A stretch of 64,000 bases of DNA, from positions 36,866 to 100,865 of the forward strand of contig CAIZSE010000078.1 of the NCBI GenBank assembly GCA_903935585.1. Reading direction: 5' to 3'. The first letter of the stretch is position 1. The number at the start of each line of letters is the position of its first letter. Source of the DNA: an uncultured Burkholderiales bacterium. Lineage in GTDB: Bacteria; Pseudomonadota; Gammaproteobacteria; Burkholderiales; Burkholderiaceae_C. The position numbers were made by a program, and so were the translations under genes. This document shows positions 23,722 through 32,162 of this stretch, piece by piece. The notes under the pieces were generated by a model. The model did no database searches and was not told the origin of the DNA. It saw only the letters and a list, made by a program, of their open reading frames with translations.

Positions 23722-24465
23722 ATGAAGTTGGAAACTCAGATATCTGCTAGTGGTGTAAAGCCATTGATGCAGGCAATTGCTTCGGGTGGCATGACCGCCG
23801 CTGGGAGTGAGCCATTCATTTATGGCGGCTACTTGGAAGTCTGGTTTCGATGTCTGAAGCTGTCCAAGCAGTACATTCAGAACTGCCGAACTGGGATCTT
23901 TGGTTCACAGGGGGCGGCCACTACCTTTAAGCTATTCGGTTGCCTTGAGCACTGCACATTGCGAGAGTGGTGGCATGAGCGAGGCTGCGAAAACTTTGGG
24001 CGCAGTATGGCTACATTCAAAGTTCGGTTGGTTGTGGCTCAGCGAAAAAAGACCAGTTGCCGAATCACTATAGACGCCGATGACGAAACACCTACGGAAA
24101 TGGTCGGCGAAGAGGTCAGTTTTCTGGTTCAGCAGATGAGACTGCTTGAGGGGCAAAGTGGCATGCTTTCTTCGGCACCCAAAGCATGGTCAATTTACAA
24201 AAGCCGAATCACACCCGAAGCCATCAAGCTACACCTGGATGTACTGGAGGCACATGACACCATCAAGCACAGCGCTCCAAGAACCAAGTTGTGGCGAATC
24301 GGTGAACAGATGCGTCTCAATCCCAAGGCCATGACCAGATCCGGAGACTCTCCCAACGAGCAAACTGCTAAGCACATCACCATGGGCCAAACAGTCAGCG
24401 AGATGGTCAGGAAGGGGCAGGGCTTGGTGGCAAATGCTTGCGAGGGTGTCTTCCCGAGGTATTGA
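23722..24465 (+). CDS. Hypothetical protein, possibly DNA-binding
   Basis: Open frame to 24465; start uncertain (ATG 23722 chosen); basic helical C-terminus. Confidence 0.55.
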   Translation: MKLETQISASGVKPLMQAIASGGMTAAGSEPFIYGGYLEVWFRCLKLSKQYIQNCRTGIFGSQGAATTFKLFGCLEHCTLREWWHERGCENFGRSMATFKVRLVVAQRKKTSCRITIDADDETPTEMVGEEVSFLVQQMRLLEGQSGMLSSAPKAWSIYKSRITPEAIKLHLDVLEAHDTIKHSAPRTKLWRIGEQMRLNPKAMTRSGDSPNEQTAKHITMGQTVSEMVRKGQGLVANACEGVFPRY

Positions 24466-24561
24466 TGACCTCACCAGCTGATTAAAACTACGCACGCTGC
24501 TAACACCAAAGCGTGTTCTCGAAACGCTGATCCCCATCCTGTATTTTTGAACAGTTCTAGT

Positions 24562-24578
24562 GGCTCTTAGCGTGAGCC
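24562..24578. promoter_or_regulatory. GGCTCA-N5-TGAGCC-type palindrome, copy 1 (candidate WYL operator)
   Basis: GGCTCT-TAGCG-TGAGCC, upstream of the SprT-like ATG at 24622. Confidence 0.6.
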
Positions 24579-24621
24579 CCGATGGTTTCACTATGGTGGT
24601 TTGATAACTTTGAGGACCACC

Positions 24622-25206
24622 ATGACTGCCTTCTCAAACCGTGAGGCGTGGCTGCTTGCAGCTGTTCAACTGCTCAAACCTATCTTTGCTGCAAAAAAAC
24701 ACCTTGTTCCGGAAGACTGTCAGGTCTCATGCGGATTTGCCAGCACTGGAACGCGCAGTCACCACATCGGGCAGTGCTGGTCCCGCCGCAGCAGCACCAA
24801 TGAAAGAAATCAAATCTTCATTTCCCCAGCCCTGGGTGACCCTGTCCAGGTTCTAGACACACTGGTTCATGAATTGGTCCATGCTGTTGATAATTGCGAG
24901 CACAAACACGGCAAAGAGTTCAAAAAGATAGCTTTGAGCATCGGTCTTGAGGGGCCTATGCGCAGTGCCGGTGCAGGCAAAGCACTCAAAGAGGAATTGG
25001 CCAAAATAGCTGACGCTTTAGGACCCTATCCGCATGGGCAATTGAAGGTCCACCATGTCCGAAAGATCTCCGCCCCACGTCCCCGTGCACGTTGCAAAAG
25101 CTGTGGCTTTGAGGTGCCCATGTACAAAAAGTTCCTGACCTTTGGGCCGCCCTTGTGCCCTCAGCACAAAACAGTGATGGAACAGGTTGGCCCTTGGGAG
25201 GACTGA
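24622..25206 (+). CDS. SprT-like zinc metalloprotease
   Basis: TLVHELVHA (HExxH), HGKEFK, and C-terminal CxxC...CxxH zinc-binding motif; GAGGA RBS. Confidence 0.75.
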   Translation: MTAFSNREAWLLAAVQLLKPIFAAKKHLVPEDCQVSCGFASTGTRSHHIGQCWSRRSSTNERNQIFISPALGDPVQVLDTLVHELVHAVDNCEHKHGKEFKKIALSIGLEGPMRSAGAGKALKEELAKIADALGPYPHGQLKVHHVRKISAPRPRARCKSCGFEVPMYKKFLTFGPPLCPQHKTVMEQVGPWED

Positions 25207-25378
25207 ATTTCTCCCAATGAGTCCAACTAAAGGGCTTTGAGGCGTTGATGGGCTCAGTTTTCCTGAGATTCAAAGGGACTTCCTCATGAATGCATGATTT
25301 GCCGCCATCTCAATCGGTTTACCGGGTTTTCATCAGAACCGCAGCCACAATAGCCATTAAAAAATCACTCCCAAGCTC

Positions 25379-27127
25379 ATGATCCTTGATGAATACCCAC
25401 TCAGTGACGAGATGCTGGCCTTTTGTAAGGCCGCAATAGAGGACATGCCCGATGCTCTCTTGGTCAGTGGCGCGCGAAAAATGCCGGATTTGTTCAAGGG
25501 CCTTAAACAGGACAAGCCCAATATAGAAATGCTGCAGCAGCGGGTGCTGGCCAAGCTGCAACTCAAATCACCCCCCCCGCCCATCCTTGACATCTTGCGC
25601 ACGGCCACTTTGTCCGAAGCGCTGGTAGACGTCCTCAGTGAAAAAGCGCTGCAGCAAGGCCTGCCCGCCCTGTTGGACCACTTTGGCCCTGTACCTATCC
25701 TTACATCCATGCTGCTGGATACCCGCGACAGCATTCGGAAAATGGCCCACGAAGAACTGACCAAGCCCAGCAAAGACGCTGCGAAAGCCAAGCTTCAAGA
25801 GCAAGATACCTTCAAGCACCGCTTCAAACCGCTGATCGACACCCTGCGATCAGTGCTGCAAGACACTCCTTACCAAGCGCCCGCACCTCGAACATCATTG
25901 AGCACCGCCAAGATCGCTGCGCCCGCCCTCAGCAAAGAACAGCAGGAACGCGATATTCTGGCCAGTACGCCCTACCGCCAACTCCAAAAGGAGCGCAATG
26001 CCCTGGTTGCAGAACGTGACAAGCTGCAAACCCTGAACACCAAACTGGCCACCGACCTTGCTGGCCAAACCAGCCGCGCCAACGCCCTGGGTAGTGAGCT
26101 AGATGCACTGCAAAGCCTATGGCGTACCAGCATTGCGCAAGGTATTGCAGATGGATTGCAGCACCGCCTGGCTCCCTGGCTGGACTCCAGCGAAAGCCTG
26201 GCCCAAAGCCTGCCTGCCAGCCAAAACGCCCTAGAGCGCGCCCAACAAGTACTGACCCGGCAAGCGCAACAGGACAAGCGTTACGGCACTCGCGCCCAAG
26301 TCACCGAAGAACTGGCCCAAGCCCGCAGCCTGCTGGCCGCACTCCAAACCGCCCAGCAAGAATCCCTGCGCCCATTGCCCCAGCTGGCCGATGAAATCCG
26401 GGCTCTGGCCACCAACATTGCCAGCACCGAAGCCCGCCTGAACCAAACCAGCCTGCAGCCGCAAGCCCCCCAACTGCGGGCATTGGCGCAGTCCCTGCAC
26501 ACCTTGCACGATATTGACGCCCTGCAAAACCACAAAAAAACGCTGGAACGTACCATGTTGGCTGAAGCCTGGGGCCTGCCCCTGTGCCAACAAGCCTATG
26601 CGCTCATTGACCGCCAGGCCATGGCCATCTATGCCGAACACCACCACGACCCCAAAGACATTCCACCACCCGTCACGCCCACGCAGCACCTGGCTGACTG
26701 CCTGCTGCACGCCCGGCCTTGCCGCCTGCTGATTGACGGCCACAACCTCTTACCCAAACTCAAGCCCCTCATTGGGGCCAGTTATTTCAAAGCAGGGCAG
26801 GGGCCAACCGCCCAAGCCCGCGCCTTGCTTATTGAGCGGGTCAAAGCCTTGACCGACTTGCACCCGCTGCTGCAAGCGGACATTTGGTTTGACAGCCCCG
26901 ACGACCAACACTGGAGCGAAACCGACAACCTGAGGGTTTGGTTTTCTGGGGGGCAGGGATCTGACCGCGCCGATGGCCGGATTCTTGAAAGCCTTCAATC
27001 CGAGGTTTATAGGGGTACCCAAACCACCCGCCTGGTTGTTACCGAAGATCGCGACCTACTCGTAAAGGCGCAAGCAAGGGGAGCGATTGGCGTATCCCCG
27101 CTGGAGATGTGGGCGATGGTGGCTTAA
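25379..27127 (+). CDS. Coiled-coil protein with C-terminal NYN/PIN (YacP-like) RNase domain
   Basis: LLIDGHNLL, DIWFD, DRADGRI, LVVTEDRDL acidic motifs; Gln/Leu/Ala-rich heptad middle region. Confidence 0.7.
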   Translation: MILDEYPLSDEMLAFCKAAIEDMPDALLVSGARKMPDLFKGLKQDKPNIEMLQQRVLAKLQLKSPPPPILDILRTATLSEALVDVLSEKALQQGLPALLDHFGPVPILTSMLLDTRDSIRKMAHEELTKPSKDAAKAKLQEQDTFKHRFKPLIDTLRSVLQDTPYQAPAPRTSLSTAKIAAPALSKEQQERDILASTPYRQLQKERNALVAERDKLQTLNTKLATDLAGQTSRANALGSELDALQSLWRTSIAQGIADGLQHRLAPWLDSSESLAQSLPASQNALERAQQVLTRQAQQDKRYGTRAQVTEELAQARSLLAALQTAQQESLRPLPQLADEIRALATNIASTEARLNQTSLQPQAPQLRALAQSLHTLHDIDALQNHKKTLERTMLAEAWGLPLCQQAYALIDRQAMAIYAEHHHDPKDIPPPVTPTQHLADCLLHARPCRLLIDGHNLLPKLKPLIGASYFKAGQGPTAQARALLIERVKALTDLHPLLQADIWFDSPDDQHWSETDNLRVWFSGGQGSDRADGRILESLQSEVYRGTQTTRLVVTEDRDLLVKAQARGAIGVSPLEMWAMVA

Positions 27128-27290
27128 AGCAGTAATAAAGAAGTAATATTAAGTCTTTGAGTTTTGCAAATTGGCTTGTTCCAAAACCGTCAAAACCTCT
27201 GAAGGTAAGGGCATTTCTCCCTCCAATATTGGATTTTCCTCAGGTAAGCTCATAGACAATTTATGTTTTCTACGAATAACCAAAAGCCGC

Positions 27291-28091
27291 ATGTCCGACC
27301 GCCGCAATGATCTGCTCACCCAATACGGTTTCCGGTTTGGGACAAATGGCCCGCACGCTGCCCGGACCATGATGCTGGATGACTTGAAGGTGCTGCTTTC
27401 TGCGGTTCCGCAAGAGGCCAATGAACCCGAGTACGCCCATCAAGTTATCGATTTGAATGTGCTGGGCAAACCCACCAAAAAGGCGAGAGAACTCGCGTAC
27501 AGGCATCTGGTCACCTTGTATGGACTGGATCCCAAATTTCCTTTGTTTCGAATGTTTCGCCGTCTCTGGGCTGCCGACGAGCAAGCTCAGCCGGTGTTGG
27601 CATTGACCGTGGCCCTTGCCAGAGATCCATTGTTGGCTGGTACTCAAGAATTCATCTTGCAAAAACATGACGGTCAACATGTGAGCCGTGAAGACCTTGA
27701 AGCGCTTTTGGTGCAGTCCCACCCAGACCGCTTCAGCCCAGCTTCATTGAAATCATTCGCTCAAAACGTCAATGGCACTTGGACATTTGCTGGGTATTTG
27801 TCGGGTCGTAGTCGCAAAACACGCTCTCAGCCAGTCATCACGCCAGCCAACGTAGCCATGTGCTTATTCATGGGGCACTTGCAAGGCATGTCTGGTCAGC
27901 GCCTATTTACTTCCAGTTGGTGCAAGCTCATTCCCGGCTCAGAACAAGACATTGAATCGCTGACGAATGCTGCTTATCACCGCGGGCTGATCGTTTTTCT
28001 CAATGCTGGGGGCGTCAAAGAAGTGCGTTTCTCAGACAGCTTGACCCCCACAGAAGACCAAATTCGCCAGGAACTAGCCCATGAGCTCTAA
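27291..28091 (+). CDS. brxA: BrxA-like BREX protein
   Basis: First gene of the operon, overlapping brxB; assigned mainly by position; ATG 27291 chosen. Confidence 0.55.
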   Translation: MSDRRNDLLTQYGFRFGTNGPHAARTMMLDDLKVLLSAVPQEANEPEYAHQVIDLNVLGKPTKKARELAYRHLVTLYGLDPKFPLFRMFRRLWAADEQAQPVLALTVALARDPLLAGTQEFILQKHDGQHVSREDLEALLVQSHPDRFSPASLKSFAQNVNGTWTFAGYLSGRSRKTRSQPVITPANVAMCLFMGHLQGMSGQRLFTSSWCKLIPGSEQDIESLTNAAYHRGLIVFLNAGGVKEVRFSDSLTPTEDQIRQELAHEL

Positions 28092-28650
28092 AGTCAGCAA
28101 ACTGGCCGCCACCTACAAACAGCACCTAAGCGTGCCTTGGCAAGAGGGTATTGCGGGCATTCAGCGTGTCATCTTTGCGGTCTATGACAAGACAGATGAA
28201 CTGCGCCTGCGAGCGAATGTTGGTGAATTCCAGCTGGCCACGCAACAAGCCCAAAAGAAATGGTTGTTGATTGATGTGACCAACGCCTTTCCAGAATGGA
28301 TGGCCAAGCAAGAGTACCGCGACGCCTACTTTGAATCTCCTGAAGACTTGGCCGGTTACCAAACCGGTGAATTGACGCAATTCGTCAATGAGTTGATCGA
28401 TCAGCTCAAGCAACAGATACAGCAAGCATCCGACAACAACACCGTCGTGGCGTTGCTGGGAGTTGGAAGTCTATTTGGCCTGGCACGGGTGTCTACCGTT
28501 GTTGAAGGCATCAAGGATGTCATTCAGGGCCGACTATTGGTCTTTTTCCCGGGTGAACATCACCCCGATAGCCACACCTACAGACTGCTGGACGCACGCG
28601 ACGGCTGGAATTACCTGGCCATTCCGTTGACCGCCAACGAATCGAACTGA
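28081..28650 (+). CDS. brxB: BREX protein BrxB (DUF1788-like)
   Basis: 189 aa, VALLGVGSLFG...GRLLVFFPGE...LLDARDGWNYLA pattern; precedes brxC. Confidence 0.75.
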   Translation: MSSKVSKLAATYKQHLSVPWQEGIAGIQRVIFAVYDKTDELRLRANVGEFQLATQQAQKKWLLIDVTNAFPEWMAKQEYRDAYFESPEDLAGYQTGELTQFVNELIDQLKQQIQQASDNNTVVALLGVGSLFGLARVSTVVEGIKDVIQGRLLVFFPGEHHPDSHTYRLLDARDGWNYLAIPLTANESN

Positions 28651-28667
28651 ACAAAACCTAAAGAGCA

Positions 28668-31600
28668 ATGACCATGATCAACAGGGACATTTACAACAAA
28701 GCACCGCAAGACAACCGCTTGGTGAACAACGGTGTGGCTGAAGTATCCGAGGACCATTCCGAGGCGGCTCAGTCGATTTTGCGCTATGAACTTGAAACCT
28801 TTGTGTGCGACGGTCAGTACGAAAAAGGAATTGAGACCATCTTGGACAAGTTCTTGATGAACTTGAGCTCGAAGACCGAGCAGCCAGGCGTCTGGGTCTC
28901 TGGCTTTTACGGCAGCGGTAAATCCCATTTGGCCAAAATGCTCCGGACTTTGTGGACTGATTACACATTTGCGGATGGAGCAGCCGCAAGAAGCATTGCC
29001 AAATTGCCAGATGGCGTCATTGAGCACCTGAAAGAACTCACGACACAGGGCAAACGTCTGGGGGGGGTACATGCAGCTGCGGGCAAGTTGGGTGCTGGTG
29101 CGGGCGACAAAGTGCGCTTGGCATTGCTGAGCATCATCTTCAAGTCCAAAGGTTTGCCTGAGCAATACAACCAAGCGCAGTTTGTGCTCTGGTTGCAAAA
29201 AGAAGAACTGGTCGACAAATTACAAGCAGAGCTGAAAACAGTGGGTAAAACTCTGGAGCAAGAACTGCCGCACATGTATGTGTCTGGGCACTTGGCCAAA
29301 GCGCTTTTGAAGGTCCAACCAGACCTGGGGTCTTCCGAAGCGGATGTTAAGCAAATATTGAAAGCGCAATTCCCGCAGGTCACCGACATCACCAGCGAAC
29401 AAATGGTCGCAGCCATTGAGTCCACCCTGTCAAATAACGGCAAGTTCCCCTTGACCTTGGTGGTTTTGGATGAAGTGCAGCAATACATCGGCACCGATGC
29501 AGAAAAGGCTTTTCAAATCCAAGAAGTGACCGAGACACTTTCCAAGAAGTTCAATGGCCAGCTCTTGTTTGTAGGCACGGGCCAATCGGCCCTTTCTGGC
29601 ATGCCCAATTTGCAGCGACTTATGGGTCGCTTTCCAGTGCAAGTCATGTTGGGCGACTGGGACGTTGAGAACGTTACTCGCCAAATCATCCTGGCAAAGA
29701 AGCCATCAGCACAACCTCAGATCGAGACCATTTGGCGAGCCAACCTTGGCGAGATTTCTCGCCATTTACGTGGTACCAAGTTGGAGCATGTGACTGAAGA
29801 CGAATTACAGATGACTTCGGATTACCCGCTCCTGCCTGTCCGCCGTCGTTTTTGGGAGCGTATCCTGCGCACTATTGACACCACGGGCACCGTGTCACAG
29901 TTGCGGAGCCAATTGCGTGTGGTGCATGAGGCTGTTTTAGCCACCGCCAATGAGCCTTTGGGTCATGTGGTTTCTGGTGACTTTTTGTATGACCAAATTG
30001 CTCCCAACTTGGTATCGACAGCCCAGTTACCCAAAGAGGTTTTTGAGAACGTCCAAAAATTCGCTGCTGGTGATGCAGACAGTCAACTCAAAGCCAAACT
30101 GCTCAAGTTGATTTACCTCATCAACAAACTGCCAGCCGATGCGGCAGTGGACTTGGGCCTCAAAGCTACCGAAGAAGTATTGGCCGACCTGTTGGTAACC
30201 GATCTTTCCGCTGGCTCCGCAGAACTCAGAAAAAGTCTGCCCACCTTGTTAGACCAGCTGCAAAACAAAGACCGCCTCGTCATGGCTTTGGCGGGTGGTA
30301 CGGGCACCGAATACCGCTTGCAAACCCGTGAATCCAGCGCTTGGTACGACGAATACCGAGCCCAAGAGGCTGACTTCAAGTCTTCGCCCCAGCGTGTAGA
30401 GCAAAAGCGGACCGAACTGCTGAAAGCCCGTTATGGCGAAGTCCTGAGAAAAGTCCGCGTCACGCAGGGCAAAGACAACGTTGAGCGCAAGCTCACGCCC
30501 AGCTACGACGAAACCCTGCCGCGTGACAACGACAAAAACCTCATTCTGTGGGTGCAAGACGGCTGGCAAACCGAAGAGCGCTCACTGATTGCAGAGGCCA
30601 AAGCCAAGGGCGCGGACAACCCGACCTTGTTCGCCTTTTTGCCTGCGGAAAACAAAACAGCGTTGACCAACGCCATCGTTGCGCTCGAGGCAGCTCGTAA
30701 CACGTTGCAAAAGAAGGGTAGACCGTCTACCGAAGAGGGACGCGACGCCCAGCGTTCTATGGAAAGCCGACAGCGCAACGCTGAAAAGGAATTGGCCGAC
30801 CTGCTCGACAAATTGATGGTCGGTGCGCGCCTGTTCATGGCAGGTGGTCAAGAAGCCACGGAAGGCCAAGACCTGGCCGATCGCATCAACCGTGCTGCCA
30901 AATCTTCAGTCATTCGTCTGTACAACCAGTTTGACGCGGCTGACCACGACCAATGGAGCAAAGTGCTGGATGAAGCCCGTAAGGGCAACCTGGAAGCCAT
31001 GAAGGCGGTAGGTCACAACCAAGAGGCAGACAAACATCCCGTGTGCCAAAAGCTGCTGGCCTTCATTGGGCTGAACAAAAAAGGATCAGACATACGGGAG
31101 CAGTTTGAAAGCCCTCCTTATGGCTGGCCCCGTGATGCCATTGACGGTGCGCTCTATGCTTTGCTGGCCGCTGGCCACATCAAAGCGACTGATGCCACAA
31201 GCAAGGCCGTGGATGTGAAAAGCTTGGATCGTGCTCGCTTAACCCAGGCCAATTTTCAGCGCGAATCCATCACCATCACGCCGCCGCAGCTCATCAAAAT
31301 CAGGCAGCTGTTCAGCCAAGTGGGCGTGCCCTGCCAACCCAAAGAAGAGCAAGCCAAAGTGCCTGCTCTGCTCGCTAAATTGCGTGACCAGGCCAGTAAA
31401 GCAGGGGGGCATGCCCCTGCACCTGAGTCACCCAAGCTCACCGTGGTTGAGGCCATTGAAGCCCAGTCAGGAAATGCACAGCTGTTGGAGCTGTTCAACC
31501 GATACGACGAGTTGCAGACTCTTTCCAAAGAATGGGGCCAAACCGCAGAAGCCATTTCCAAGCGCCTGCCTGTTTGGAGTCAGCTCAAGGAATTGTTGCG

Positions 31601-32135
31601 TCACGCGCAAACCCTGGGGCCTTATGCCAACCTGAAGGCCGAACTGGACGCCATCGAATTGCAACGCAGTCTTCTGGTCGATCCTGACGCCGTTCGCCCG
31701 CTGCTGGATAAAACGGTTGACCTGTTGCGCCAGGCCCTGAACGCCAAATTAGAAGCTTTTGGCCAGGCCTATACCCAGCAACAAAGCCAACTCTTTGCCG
31801 ATGCCGAGTGGAAGAAGCTGACCGACGCACAGCGCGATGACCTGAGCAGCAAGCACCACCTGACTGCGCCAGATGCTGTGCAACTCAGCACGCCAGAACA
31901 ATTGCAAGACGCATTGGATGATTGCGACCTGGACCACTGGGTGTCAAAAACCCAGGCGCTGCCCAGCCGCTTTGAGGCCGCACGCCATGCCGCCGTTCAA
32001 CTGCTCAAGCCCAATGTGATCCGCGTTGATCTGCCCAAGCGCACCCTCAACGACGAAGCTGAACTCATGGCCTGGTTGAGCCAAGTCGAAACTTTGTTGA
32101 GCGACAAGCTCAAACAAGGCCCTGTGTCGCTGTGA
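28668..32135 (+). CDS. brxC: BREX P-loop ATPase BrxC
   Basis: VWVSGFYGSGKSHLAK Walker A, LVVLDEVQQY Walker B, 1155 aa with coiled-coil C-terminus. Confidence 0.9.
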   Translation: MTMINRDIYNKAPQDNRLVNNGVAEVSEDHSEAAQSILRYELETFVCDGQYEKGIETILDKFLMNLSSKTEQPGVWVSGFYGSGKSHLAKMLRTLWTDYTFADGAAARSIAKLPDGVIEHLKELTTQGKRLGGVHAAAGKLGAGAGDKVRLALLSIIFKSKGLPEQYNQAQFVLWLQKEELVDKLQAELKTVGKTLEQELPHMYVSGHLAKALLKVQPDLGSSEADVKQILKAQFPQVTDITSEQMVAAIESTLSNNGKFPLTLVVLDEVQQYIGTDAEKAFQIQEVTETLSKKFNGQLLFVGTGQSALSGMPNLQRLMGRFPVQVMLGDWDVENVTRQIILAKKPSAQPQIETIWRANLGEISRHLRGTKLEHVTEDELQMTSDYPLLPVRRRFWERILRTIDTTGTVSQLRSQLRVVHEAVLATANEPLGHVVSGDFLYDQIAPNLVSTAQLPKEVFENVQKFAAGDADSQLKAKLLKLIYLINKLPADAAVDLGLKATEEVLADLLVTDLSAGSAELRKSLPTLLDQLQNKDRLVMALAGGTGTEYRLQTRESSAWYDEYRAQEADFKSSPQRVEQKRTELLKARYGEVLRKVRVTQGKDNVERKLTPSYDETLPRDNDKNLILWVQDGWQTEERSLIAEAKAKGADNPTLFAFLPAENKTALTNAIVALEAARNTLQKKGRPSTEEGRDAQRSMESRQRNAEKELADLLDKLMVGARLFMAGGQEATEGQDLADRINRAAKSSVIRLYNQFDAADHDQWSKVLDEARKGNLEAMKAVGHNQEADKHPVCQKLLAFIGLNKKGSDIREQFESPPYGWPRDAIDGALYALLAAGHIKATDATSKAVDVKSLDRARLTQANFQRESITITPPQLIKIRQLFSQVGVPCQPKEEQAKVPALLAKLRDQASKAGGHAPAPESPKLTVVEAIEAQSGNAQLLELFNRYDELQTLSKEWGQTAEAISKRLPVWSQLKELLRHAQTLGPYANLKAELDAIELQRSLLVDPDAVRPLLDKTVDLLRQALNAKLEAFGQAYTQQQSQLFADAEWKKLTDAQRDDLSSKHHLTAPDAVQLSTPEQLQDALDDCDLDHWVSKTQALPSRFEAARHAAVQLLKPNVIRVDLPKRTLNDEAELMAWLSQVETLLSDKLKQGPVSL

Positions 32136-32162
32136 TCAAGAACGTGAAAGACAAGTCCTAGC

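Noticed and set aside
25251-25269. GGCTCA-N7-TGAGAT upstream of the NYN gene, and a lone GGCTCA at about 55322 upstream of DUF2130
   Set aside because: Wrong spacing or missing second half-site; not counted among the WYL-type boxes
27222-27233. 12-bp palindrome TCCAATATTGGA upstream of brxA
   Set aside because: Single AT-rich palindrome with no second copy found; could be chance
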